Positions 39,509 to 47,491 of a DNA stretch of 64,000 nt are shown piece after piece. The stretch's first letter is position 1, and every line of letters starts with the position of its first letter. This stretch comes from an uncultured Halobacteriales archaeon (GTDB lineage Archaea > Halobacteriota > Halobacteria > Halobacteriales > Haloarculaceae), in the NCBI GenBank assembly GCA_964471665.1, contig CAYYHG010000002.1:3748-67747 (forward strand). The letters run 5' to 3'. Under the pieces are notes generated by a model. That model was not told the origin of the DNA. It searched no databases and was given only the letters and a program-made list of their open reading frames with translations. Made by a program: the position numbers and the translations under genes.

Positions 39509-39644
39509 TGCGTTGGGCCACGTCTGCCATCACCTAAATGTTTGTAAAATTGATTTGACTACTCGGTGTGATGTGGTTATCTCTGTCAGCACCGCGGAGC
39601 TGTCAGAAGTGACCGGTTCGGAGAAAATGCCTACGTGGAGCGGA

Positions 39645-39812
39645 CTACGAGAACCGTTCGAAGGGTTGCTCGCACTCGTTACAGAAGTGCATCGACCGGC
39701 ACAGCGAGGGCCCCTTGGGGTGTTCGCGCTCGGTGTCGGTCGAGCCACAGTAGGGACACTCGACGCGGTCGTGTTTGCCGGTCGTGTCGACGCTGGGGTC
39801 CAGGTCGCGCAT
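39645..39812 (-). CDS. PaaD-like zinc-ribbon microprotein (55 aa)
   Basis: Not in the ORF track (<60 aa). I translated the minus strand: MRDLDPSVDTTGKHDRVECPYCGSTDTEREHPKGPSLCRSMHFCNECEQPFERFS, stop TAG (plus-strand cta 39645-39647). CPYCG...CNEC corresponds to the C-terminal Zn-ribbon part of bacterial PaaD. Starts 1 nt after the paaD stop. Confidence 0.75.
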   Translation of the reverse strand: MRDLDPSVDTTGKHDRVECPYCGSTDTEREHPKGPSLCRSMHFCNECEQPFERFS

Positions 39813-39813
39813 G

Positions 39814-40266
39814 CTAGACACTCAGTCCGAACTCCCGCAAGGACTCTTTGCCCTGTTCTGTCACCATGTCGACCGTCCAGCCCGGCGACCAGACCAGCGT
39901 CACTCCCACGTCCTCGACGCCGTCGACGGCTGCGACCGTCTGGGTGACCTCGTTTATGAGCATGTCCCGTGCGGGACACCCCGTGTAGGTCAGCGTCATC
40001 TCCACGTCGACTGCCCCGTCGGGCTGGTCGGCGTCGACGCCGTAGATCAGTCCCAGGTCCACAATGGAGATGGGCATCTCGGGATCCTCGACGCCGTAGA
40101 GGGCTTCCCAGACGCGGCGCTCGAGACCCGCCGCACCCGCGCCGGTCTGTGGCACCTCCCCGTCGGCAGACTCCTTTTCGGCGTAGTCGGCGTCGGTGTC
40201 GTAATCGGTGTACGCACAGGGGTCGGCGTCGGATTCCCGTTCGGGGCGGTCGTACTCGCTGCTCAT
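39814..40266 (-). CDS. paaD: Phenylacetate-CoA oxygenase subunit PaaD (DUF59/MIP18-like domain only)
   Basis: Track ORF 39814..41010 trimmed to the ATG at 40266 (MSSEYDRPERE). DPEMPISIVDLGLIYGV and TYTGCPA motifs. 4-nt overlap with paaC. Confidence 0.85.
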   Translation of the reverse strand: MSSEYDRPERESDADPCAYTDYDTDADYAEKESADGEVPQTGAGAAGLERRVWEALYGVEDPEMPISIVDLGLIYGVDADQPDGAVDVEMTLTYTGCPARDMLINEVTQTVAAVDGVEDVGVTLVWSPGWTVDMVTEQGKESLREFGLSV

Positions 40267-41153
40267 GGTTCTGGATCCATGATGAGCGTCGCCGAGTCGC
40301 GTTCGAGTTCCCGGTAGGTCTCGGTCATCTCCGCGTGTAACTCTGGCCAGTTGTCGGTGTGCTCGCCGTCCCGACCGACCGGCTCGGCGGGCTCGGTGTC
40401 CGGGACCTCGACGCCGATGCCTTCGAGGGTACCAGTGACGCGGGCCACCCACTCCTCGCGCATCCCGGCCAGGGTCCGGGAACGAACCCCGAGGTCGTCG
40501 ACAACAGTCCCGGCGTCGCCAGCGGGTTCGAACAGCCCCAGAGCGTGGGGATAGAGCCGGTCGACCGCACTCTGGACGCGCTGGCGGCCGTCCTCGTCGG
40601 CGACGAGGCGTTCGAGCCAGTTGTGGGCGTGTTCGAGGTGGTACTCCTCCTCGTCGAGTATTTTCCCGACCCGGTCCCGTATCGGAACAATCGAAGAGTC
40701 CTCGATGGCGTGCAGGCGGATGTCCTCGGCGACGTCGTAGAGGTACGTCCGGACGATGGCGTCGGCCCAGTCGCCCGTCGCGAACGGGAGTTCGACCAGC
40801 GTGGCGTGCCGGAAGGTGTCGGGCTCGCGTTCCCAGATGAGGTCCGTCTCGTCGGCGCCAAACCGCTGGAGGAGGTCGTACCACAGCCGTGCGTGGCCGA
40901 GTTCGTCCTGGGCGATGTTCGACAGCGCGATGTCCGATTCCAGGGTCGGCGAGCGGACCTGCCACTCCGTGTAGCGCTCGGCGGCGACCAGTTCGTCGTC
41001 GGCCAGGCACAGCAGGAACGTCCGGACCGCCTCGCGCTCGTCACCTTCGAGAGCGTCGAGGTCCTCGATGTCCCTGTCGGGGTCGGCGTCTGTCTCTCCC
41101 GTCGATCCGTCGCTGTCGGCCTTCTCGGTCGGTCCGTCACCGGTGGCGGCCAT
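40263..41153 (-). CDS. paaC: Phenylacetate-CoA oxygenase subunit PaaC
   Basis: 296-aa ORF. LLCLADDELVAAERYTEWQVRSPTLESDIALSNIAQDELGHARLW is the characteristic PaaC pattern. Operon position between paaB and paaD. Confidence 0.9.
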   Translation of the reverse strand: MAATGDGPTEKADSDGSTGETDADPDRDIEDLDALEGDEREAVRTFLLCLADDELVAAERYTEWQVRSPTLESDIALSNIAQDELGHARLWYDLLQRFGADETDLIWEREPDTFRHATLVELPFATGDWADAIVRTYLYDVAEDIRLHAIEDSSIVPIRDRVGKILDEEEYHLEHAHNWLERLVADEDGRQRVQSAVDRLYPHALGLFEPAGDAGTVVDDLGVRSRTLAGMREEWVARVTGTLEGIGVEVPDTEPAEPVGRDGEHTDNWPELHAEMTETYRELERDSATLIMDPEP

Positions 41154-41470
41154 CAGCTCTCACCCCGTCGTTTGCGCTCGGCCTCTGTCAGTTCCTCCTC
41201 GGAGGCGGCGACCTCCTCGGCGGCTGGTTCGACGTCGTAGGCCTGGGCGAACCGGTAGGACTTGTCGGTCGACCCGCCGAAGTGCGCTTCCTCGGCGTCG
41301 ACCTCGCCGATCTCGTCTTTGGGGACCACCCAGAGGCTGTGTGTCGGCTTGCGCCGGCCGTGCTGGATCTCGGCGAACATCAGCGCCATCTCCCGGTCCG
41401 GCGCGTGGACGTTCCCGCAGTGGGTGTGGTAGTCGCCGCGGTCCGTCTGGCGGAACACTTCCCAGATCAT
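41153..41470 (-). CDS. paaB: Phenylacetate-CoA oxygenase subunit PaaB
   Basis: 105-aa ORF. MIWEVFRQTDRGDYHTHCGNVHAPD...SLWVVP matches the conserved PaaB pattern. Confidence 0.9.
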   Translation of the reverse strand: MIWEVFRQTDRGDYHTHCGNVHAPDREMALMFAEIQHGRRKPTHSLWVVPKDEIGEVDAEEAHFGGSTDKSYRFAQAYDVEPAAEEVAASEEELTEAERKRRGES

Positions 41471-41473
41471 GGT

Positions 41474-42415
41474 TCAGTCTGCCGCTGCCGGGGACTGGCC
41501 GGTCCCGGCTGCGGTCTCCTGGTCGTCCAAGACGTTCCGGACCCACTCGACGGCGTCGCGGGCGGCAGCACGCTCGTCGATCTGGCCGCGGCCGGGCCCG
41601 TACTCGTTTTTCGCGATCGCGAAGAACTCGTCCCAGTCCAGGTCGTCGTCGACGACCACGTACCGGCCGTCTTCCTCCCGGATGCGCGGCTCGTCGGGGA
41701 TCTCCAGCCCGTACGTCTCGGCTTTTGGCATGTAGCTGTTGAGGAAGGCCTGCCGGAGTTCGTCGTTTGTCATCGTCTTCAGGCCGACGTCCGCCGCGAA
41801 GTCGTGGTGGGTCGAGTCGTCGTCGGTCGGGCCGAAAAACTGCAGGATGCGCGGCCACCACTCTTCGAAGGCTTCCTGTGTCATGCGCTGTTCCTTGCGC
41901 GATCCCGACATGAGTTCCGCGAGGATGCTCTCGCCGTGCTTGACGTGAAAGCCCTCCTCGAAGCAGATCTTGTCCATCGCGTGGGCGTAGGGTTCCCAGC
42001 TCGACCGCTTGAGCGTCGCCTGCCGGCGCATCGCCGCGCCGTCGACGAAGAAGGCGATCATCGGCGTCTCCACCCACGAGTCCATCGGGTAGTGGAAACA
42101 GTTGAGGAACTTCCCCTCGCCGTTGGCGAGTTCGTCCAGCATCTCCTCGCGCGTCTTGACACCCAGCGATTCGGCAGCCCGGTAGAGCATCTGCCCGTGG
42201 CCGATCTCGTCCTGTACCTTGGCGCTGAAGGCCATCTTTCGCTCCAGACTGGGTGCCTGCCGGATGAACGGCCGCTCCAGGTACGCGCCCATGATCTCGC
42301 TGTTGGCGTGGAACTGCAACATCCGCGTGGCCGCCTTCCGGTACTTCTCCGGCAGGTCGTCCTTCGGGCTGAACTCCCGCGGGCCTGCGCGCTGTTTGAC
42401 TGCTTCGATGTCCAT
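41474..42415 (-). CDS. paaA: Phenylacetate-CoA oxygenase catalytic subunit PaaA (diiron)
   Basis: 313-aa ORF. Diiron ligand motifs QDEIGHG and EEGFHVKHG. LQFHANSEIMGA is typical of PaaA. Confidence 0.9.
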   Translation of the reverse strand: MDIEAVKQRAGPREFSPKDDLPEKYRKAATRMLQFHANSEIMGAYLERPFIRQAPSLERKMAFSAKVQDEIGHGQMLYRAAESLGVKTREEMLDELANGEGKFLNCFHYPMDSWVETPMIAFFVDGAAMRRQATLKRSSWEPYAHAMDKICFEEGFHVKHGESILAELMSGSRKEQRMTQEAFEEWWPRILQFFGPTDDDSTHHDFAADVGLKTMTNDELRQAFLNSYMPKAETYGLEIPDEPRIREEDGRYVVVDDDLDWDEFFAIAKNEYGPGRGQIDERAAARDAVEWVRNVLDDQETAAGTGQSPAAAD

Positions 42416-42526
42416 GTTCGTTTACTAGATTCACCTGGTCGAACTTACAGATTATGCCGTCTATAGACTGGGCTTAAACATCGATCGGGCGATTTTTAAG
42501 TAGATGGACCCGGAAATGCGGAGGTA
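42416..42526. promoter_or_regulatory. Divergent promoter region between paaABCD and the HTH regulator gene
   Basis: 111-nt spacer. TTTTTAAG at 42493-42500 lies 27-34 nt upstream of the regulator ATG (leaderless-type spacing). The palindromic TCTATAGA at 42460-42467 lies about 45-52 nt upstream of the paaA ATG. Confidence 0.45.
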
Positions 42527-43180
42527 ATGATAGACGAGTGTCTGCTGGTGGAGTTTCGCATCGAGGGCGACGACTGCCCGCTGGCGGCGGCGAGTCGGGC
42601 GGCGGGCCTGGCCATCGACGCGGATCCGCCGCTGTTGCGGGCTGACGGGAACGCCCTGTTGCGTTTCAGCGGCCCGGCCGGGGGGAGTCTGGCGGGCACA
42701 CTCGACGGGGACGACCGGCTGCGCTATCTGCACCGTTCGGTGACCGACGGCCGGGCGACCTACCGGTGTCTCTCTTTCGATCCGTGCGTCGTTCACGACC
42801 TGATCGACGCGGGGTTCATGGTCGAGTCACTGACCTACGAGGATGGAACCGCGGTGCTGACAGGGGCGGTCGTGGGCCACGAGGTCCTCCAGGGGGTGAT
42901 GGAGACGGCTGGCGGGACCGTCGGGGTACAGTTGAAGCGGATCTACGCCTTGCGGGCCGAGGACGAAGACCCCGTTGCCACCCAGTGGGACCTGACGCCG
43001 GCACAGGAGGAAGCCCTCCGGCGGGCCCTGGAGATGGGCTATTTCACCGTGCCTCGCGGAGCGACCGCAAGCGAGGTTGCAGACGCCGTGGGAATCAGCA
43101 AGTCGGCGTTTATCGAACGCCTCCACCGGGCCCAGCACGCGCTGTTCTCGCAGGTCTTCGACGTCGCGCCGGGAGAGTAA
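42527..43180 (+). CDS. Bat-type (HTH_10) helix-turn-helix transcriptional regulator
   Basis: 217-aa ORF. C-terminal LTPAQEEALRRALEMGYFTVPRGATASEVADAVGISKSAFIERLHRAQHALF is the haloarchaeal HTH_10 (bacterio-opsin-activator-like) signature. Confidence 0.85.
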   Translation: MIDECLLVEFRIEGDDCPLAAASRAAGLAIDADPPLLRADGNALLRFSGPAGGSLAGTLDGDDRLRYLHRSVTDGRATYRCLSFDPCVVHDLIDAGFMVESLTYEDGTAVLTGAVVGHEVLQGVMETAGGTVGVQLKRIYALRAEDEDPVATQWDLTPAQEEALRRALEMGYFTVPRGATASEVADAVGISKSAFIERLHRAQHALFSQVFDVAPGE

Positions 43181-43260
43181 TCGGTCGTCCGCGCGGCCGG
43201 AAACCGGTCGGATGTACTGGTCCATCGGTGTATAAGTGGGACGCACCCCCAGACAGACGC

Positions 43261-44022
43261 ATGCACGTCGAGGATGGGTCAGTTCGTCGGATCACGTTCG
43301 ATCGTCCCGAGGTCGAGAACGCGATGACGGCCGCGGTCGCCCGCGACCTCGCGGACGCACTCGTCGATCTCGACCCGGGCGACCACGACGCCGTGGTCGT
43401 GACAGGCGAGGGCGGGGCGTTCAGCGCCGGCGGCGACATCGAGGCGATGGCCGACCGCGAGGAGACTGCCCGCGAGGCCCACGAGCGCGTGCGGACCACG
43501 CTCGGCCGGGTCGCCGAGACGGTTCTCACGGCGCCCGTGCCGGTGGTTGCGAAGGTCGGCGGCGACGCGGTGGGTGCGGGGCTGTCGCTGGTCGCGCTGG
43601 CCGATTTCGCCTACGCCGCCGAGTCGGCGCGCTTCGGGGCTACCTTCGTCAACGTCGGCCTGATTCCCGACGCGGGTGGGACCGCCATCCTGCCCCGTGT
43701 CGTGGGGCTGCGTGCGACCAAGGAGCTGGCGTTTACCGGTCGGTTGCTCCCGGCCGGGGAGGCCGCGGAGATGGACCTCGTCAACGAGGTGGTGTCCGGG
43801 GACGCACTCGACGGGCGCGTGGCGGACCTGCTGGAGACGCTCCGGAGGCAGCCGACAGAGTCGATCGCACTCGCCAAGCGAGCCATCCACGGCAATCTGG
43901 GTGAGTCCTGGCGGGCGGGACTCGAACGGGAGGCACACGTCCAGACGCTGGCCTACGACACCGACGCCCACGCCGAGGGGGTGGCGGCGTTTCTGGACGG
44001 GCGAGACCCCGAGTTCGAGTAG
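43261..44022 (+). CDS. Enoyl-CoA hydratase/isomerase family protein (PaaG-like candidate)
   Basis: Track ORF 42766..44022 trimmed to the ATG at 43261 (MHVEDGSVRRITFDRPEV). Crotonase motifs FSAGGDI and GDAVGAGLSL. The assignment to the PaaG step is by context only. Confidence 0.8.
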   Translation: MHVEDGSVRRITFDRPEVENAMTAAVARDLADALVDLDPGDHDAVVVTGEGGAFSAGGDIEAMADREETAREAHERVRTTLGRVAETVLTAPVPVVAKVGGDAVGAGLSLVALADFAYAAESARFGATFVNVGLIPDAGGTAILPRVVGLRATKELAFTGRLLPAGEAAEMDLVNEVVSGDALDGRVADLLETLRRQPTESIALAKRAIHGNLGESWRAGLEREAHVQTLAYDTDAHAEGVAAFLDGRDPEFE

Positions 44023-44036
44023 CTGTACTCGTTCTC

Positions 44037-44119
44037 GTAGTGATTGCTGTAACGATTTATACCGGTCGACCGCGCAGCGTCCTGCGGTCGATCCGGGAAT
44101 GTCTTACAGCAATCACTAC
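44037..44119. repeat. 83-nt compound palindromic element (MITE-like or structured-RNA-like), copy 1
   Basis: GTAGTGATTGCTGTAA (44037-44052) is perfectly complementary to TTACAGCAATCACTAC (44104-44119). Inner stem CCGGTCGACCGC / GCGGTCGA(T)CCGG. A second copy lies at 51724-51804. Confidence 0.85.
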
Positions 44120-44994
44120 CAGTCCAGCCCGAAGAACTCCTCGGCGTTCTCGAAGAGGATCTTCCGCTGGACGTCCGCGTCGAAGTCGGTGTCCTCGGCG
44201 AACGATTCGAGCCACTCCTCGGGGCGGAGCATCGGGTAGTCGGTCCCGAACATCACCTTGTCCTGGAGCAGGGTCGCCGAGTACTGGAGGACCTGCTCGT
44301 CGATGTAGCGGGGCAACCACCCCGAGAGGTCCATGTAGACGTTGCCCTTCTGCTGGCAGACCGCCAGCTGCTCGCGCTCCCAGGGGAAGGCCGGATGGGC
44401 GATCAGTATCCGGAGGTCGGGGTAGCGGGCGGCCACGTCGTCGATCAACAGCGGGTCGCCGTACTCGACCTTGAGCCCACGACCGCCGGGCGCACAGGCC
44501 CCCAGCGTCGAGTTGCCGCCGTGGAAGACGACGGGCACGCCGAGGTCTTCGATGGTGCTCCAGAGGTGGTCGTGACGGGGCGCGGAGGGATCGAATCCCT
44601 GGGCGAGTTGCTGGAACTTGAACCCCGACAGGTCCAGGTCCTCGACACACCTGATCGCCTCCCGGACGCAGTCGTCCTTGTGTGGGTCGACGCTCCCGAA
44701 TCCGACGAAGAAGTCGGCGTACTCGTCGCGGACTTCGGCGACGTAGTCGTTCGGAACGGGCGGGTTCCCCGTGTTGGTCTCGGCGTCCCAGCCCAGCAGG
44801 ACAGCGCCGCCGATCCCCTGTTCGCGGTACTCGGCCAGCATCTCCTCGTATCCCCAGGTTTCGAGGTCGGTCCCGAAACGGTCGGCGGCGTCCTGCATCA
44901 TCTGTCCACCGGCGTCGTGGAGAAACTCCGCGGTCGGCTGGTGGGCGTGGGTGTCGAAGACGCGTTGCTCCTCGACGCCGGGGAGGTCGATCAT
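44116..44994 (-). CDS. Amidohydrolase-family protein (amidohydrolase_2 / ACMSD-like metal-dependent hydrolase or decarboxylase)
   Basis: 292-aa ORF. N-terminal VFDTHAHQP metal-binding motif, later HGGN, IAHPAFPW, FGTDYP. Confidence 0.8.
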   Translation of the reverse strand: MIDLPGVEEQRVFDTHAHQPTAEFLHDAGGQMMQDAADRFGTDLETWGYEEMLAEYREQGIGGAVLLGWDAETNTGNPPVPNDYVAEVRDEYADFFVGFGSVDPHKDDCVREAIRCVEDLDLSGFKFQQLAQGFDPSAPRHDHLWSTIEDLGVPVVFHGGNSTLGACAPGGRGLKVEYGDPLLIDDVAARYPDLRILIAHPAFPWEREQLAVCQQKGNVYMDLSGWLPRYIDEQVLQYSATLLQDKVMFGTDYPMLRPEEWLESFAEDTDFDADVQRKILFENAEEFFGLDW

Positions 44995-44995
44995 G

Positions 44996-45319
44996 TCAGG
45001 GCGCGCCGACGACGACGAACGTGCTCTCCGTGTCGCCGTTGTGGATCTGGCGCCGCGCCCCGGGAGCGACCCGCAACGCGTCTCCGGCAGCGAGCGACAC
45101 GTCCTCGCCGTCGACGGTGATCGTCGCCTCTCCCTCCATCAGGAGGTACACCTCCTCCTCACCCTCGTCGGCGTGGTCGTGCGGTTTTCCCTCCCAGCCA
45201 GGGGGACAGTCCACGACAGTGAGCCCGAGTTGCTCGCAGTCCAGTGGCTCCCGCAGGAAGTGCATCGCGTCTGCGACCTGGTCGACCTCGTCGTACCGTA
45301 TCTTGCTGTGACTCATCAC
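44996..45319 (-). CDS. Cupin-domain protein
   Basis: 107-aa ORF. GKPHDHADEGEEEVYLLMEGEATITVDGE...GDALRVAPG cupin motifs. Ends 1 nt before the amidohydrolase start. Confidence 0.8.
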   Translation of the reverse strand: MMSHSKIRYDEVDQVADAMHFLREPLDCEQLGLTVVDCPPGWEGKPHDHADEGEEEVYLLMEGEATITVDGEDVSLAAGDALRVAPGARRQIHNGDTESTFVVVGAP

Positions 45320-45413
45320 TCCCCCGTTCTCCCGTCACCGGCTTAAGAACTGTGCCGACGCGGCGAGTGCTGTCCGTCCGATTCCTGTTCGAATCCAAAA
45401 TAAAAATATAGCT

Positions 45414-45434
45414 ATGAATAATACTATTATTCAT
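45414..45434. promoter_or_regulatory. 21-bp perfect palindrome ATGAATAATA-C-TATTATTCAT inside an AT-rich island
   Basis: Read directly. 10-bp arms with a 1-nt spacer. Lies about 95-115 nt upstream of the cupin/amidohydrolase operon start (45319, minus strand). Function unknown. Confidence 0.4.
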
Positions 45435-45581
45435 ATTATCTATATTTTTGGAGTCGACAGGAAGATTCCAAATCCCGCTCGAGAAACGAGAGCAGTACGT
45501 CAATTGCGTCTCTGCCGAGAGTACTACTTTCACAGCCGCGCGATCTGTAGAGAGACTTGTGGGTCAAAAGATAAAATATAC

Positions 45582-46385
45582 TTATTGTGTAGTATTCTGT
45601 TCAGAACTGTCTGCAGAGCCGTCCGTTCGTGCCGCGTCGAGTTGTCGGGCCAGGAGGCCGGCCTGTGTTCCGGCGGTGAAGCCGGCGTCGATGTTCACGA
45701 CCGTCAGGGCCGTACAGGACTGGAGCAGGCCGCAAAGCGCGGCGTCGCCGTCCCCGCCGTGACCGTAGCCGGTCGAGACCGGGAGACCGATGACGGGGAC
45801 GTCGACGAGTCCCGCAGTCACCGTCGGGAGTGCCCCCTCCCGGCCGGCAGCGACCACCAGGACGTCGTGCGCGCGGAGCGTCTCGAGGTTGTCGGTCAAC
45901 CGAACGAGTGCGGCCACGCCGACGTCGTCTACGCGCCGGACCGTCGCACCCATCTCGCGGGCCACGACCGCCGCCTCGCCGGCTGGAACGGCGTCGGCGG
46001 TCCCGGCGGTCACGACGGCCACGCTCGCGTCGAGGTCGGGCGGGTCGAACTCCGGCCCGTGGGCGACGAGCACACCGGCACGCTCGTGGACACGGACCGC
46101 CGCCCCGGGATGGTCGGCAGCGAGACGGTCCCGGACCGCTGTGACCTGTGGCTCCCCGAGCCGTGTCGCGAGCGCCCGGCCGGCCGTTTCGACGCCGGTT
46201 GCAACGAGCGTCGCGACCTCCTCGGGTGTCTTTCCCTCCGCCAGAACCGCCTCGGGAACACCCCGGCGTCGTTCGCGGGCGGCGTCGAACCGTCCCGCAC
46301 CGGTCGTGGCGTACCCGCGAAGTTCTGCCTCGGCAGCCTCGGGGCTCACCTCGCCGGCCGCGACCGCCTCCAGAAGTTCTCGCAT
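45582..46385 (-). CDS. larB: Nickel-pincer cofactor biosynthesis protein LarB (AIR-carboxylase-like)
   Basis: 267-aa ORF. N-terminal MRELLEAVAAGEVSPEAAEAELRGY, GVPEAVLAEGKT, and a PurE-like C-half (VAVVTAGTADAVPAGEAA...VVAAGREGALPTV...PVIGLPVSTGYG). Confidence 0.8.
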   Translation of the reverse strand: MRELLEAVAAGEVSPEAAEAELRGYATTGAGRFDAARERRRGVPEAVLAEGKTPEEVATLVATGVETAGRALATRLGEPQVTAVRDRLAADHPGAAVRVHERAGVLVAHGPEFDPPDLDASVAVVTAGTADAVPAGEAAVVAREMGATVRRVDDVGVAALVRLTDNLETLRAHDVLVVAAGREGALPTVTAGLVDVPVIGLPVSTGYGHGGDGDAALCGLLQSCTALTVVNIDAGFTAGTQAGLLARQLDAARTDGSADSSEQNTTQ

Positions 46386-46518
46386 AGCGACCTGTACGGT
46401 CCCCGGTCATTCGTGTGTGTCGGTCGGCAGTGCCGAGACGCTCAGACCCCGCTGAACACCGACGAGAGCGCCCGGAAACGGGAAAGCTTTTAACTCATCC
46501 ATTGAAACGAAGGCCTGT

Positions 46519-46686
46519 ATGGCAGACCTCATTGTCAAGGCAGCCGTGAAAGAGAAGCTCAATGACATGAACGTCGCGTCGGACTTCTACGGCGCACTCG
46601 ACGACGAAGTCGAGGAGTTGCTCGAGGACGCCGCCCGGCGCGCAGAGCACAACGACCGCAAGACAGTCCAGCCCCGAGACCTGTAA
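46519..46686 (+). CDS. DUF1931-like small histone-fold-related protein (55 aa)
   Basis: Not in the ORF track. I translated MADLIVKAAVKEKLNDMNVASDFYGALDDEVEELLEDAARRAEHNDRKTVQPRDL, stop TAA at 46684-46686. The pattern matches a widely conserved haloarchaeal microprotein, recognised from memory. Confidence 0.65.
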   Translation: MADLIVKAAVKEKLNDMNVASDFYGALDDEVEELLEDAARRAEHNDRKTVQPRDL

Positions 46687-46734
46687 CCGCGGTCCTGTTC
46701 TCTCTGGGGGGTCACCCCGGTCCGGTCCCCGCTC

Positions 46735-47415
46735 CTACACGCGACGAACAGTCGTGTCGTTCTCGCTCCCGACGTGGATCTCGTCGGCCAGGCCGACGAA
46801 CAGGCCGTGTTCGACGACGCCCGGCAGGCCCGACAGCGTGCGCGCCAGTCCGGCCGGCGCGTCGATCCTCCCGAAGTCACAGTCGAGGACGAGGTTGCCG
46901 TTGTCGGTCACGACCGGGCCGTCCTTGCGCTCGGCGGTCCGGAGTGTGGGTCCGCCGCCCGCCTCGCGGACCGCCGCTGCGACGGTCGTCCGGGCGTCCG
47001 GCAGGACTTCGACCGGCACCGGCGCGTCGAGTGTGTCGACTTCCTTCGTCGGATCGACCACGACGAGAAAGCGGTCGGCCGCCGCGGCCACGACCTTCTC
47101 CCGGGCGTGTGCCGCGCCGCCGCCCTTGATCAGGGTCCCGCCGGCGACCTGGTCGGCACCGTCGATCGCGACGTCCGGCGTCGCCTCGTCCAGCGAGGTC
47201 AGCGGAACGCCCGCCCTGCTGGCGCGCTCGCGCGACTGGAAGGACGTGGGGACGCCCTCGATATCGAGGCCAGCACCGACGCGCTGTCCCAGTTTCCGGA
47301 TGGCGTGAGCCACGGTCGACCCGGTGCCAAGGCCGACGATCATCCCGTCCGCGATTGCCTCCGTCGCGCTCTCGCCGGCCCGCCGCTTTGCCGCCTCGGA
47401 GCCGCCGCCTTTCAT
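46735..47415 (-). CDS. rpiA: Ribose-5-phosphate isomerase A
   Basis: Track ORF 46735..47589 trimmed to the ATG at 47415 (MKGGGSEAAKRRAGE). GLGTGST, DGADQV, KGGGAAHAREK and TDNGN motifs of RpiA. Confidence 0.9.
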   Translation of the reverse strand: MKGGGSEAAKRRAGESATEAIADGMIVGLGTGSTVAHAIRKLGQRVGAGLDIEGVPTSFQSRERASRAGVPLTSLDEATPDVAIDGADQVAGGTLIKGGGAAHAREKVVAAAADRFLVVVDPTKEVDTLDAPVPVEVLPDARTTVAAAVREAGGGPTLRTAERKDGPVVTDNGNLVLDCDFGRIDAPAGLARTLSGLPGVVEHGLFVGLADEIHVGSENDTTVRRV

Positions 47416-47491
47416 ACCCCTCCCGTCGACCCACGGCCGCAAAAGTGCCCCGGAACGAAAGAAACTCCAGTCCTGCGGCCGTGGCCCGCGC

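Noticed and set aside
45388-45396. TTCGAATCC, the classic tRNA T-loop word, next to the AT-rich island. This raised the possibility of a tRNA fragment or att site of an integrated element.
   Set aside because: The flanking bases do not form a T-stem (tcctg / ccaaa are not complementary). I could fold no acceptor or anticodon arms, and no integrase is nearby.
45330-45600. AT-rich island as a replication origin.
   Set aside because: No Orc1/Cdc6 gene is adjacent and I saw no repeated ORB-like elements. A promoter/operator explanation is simpler. It is kept as a finding only for its palindrome and composition.
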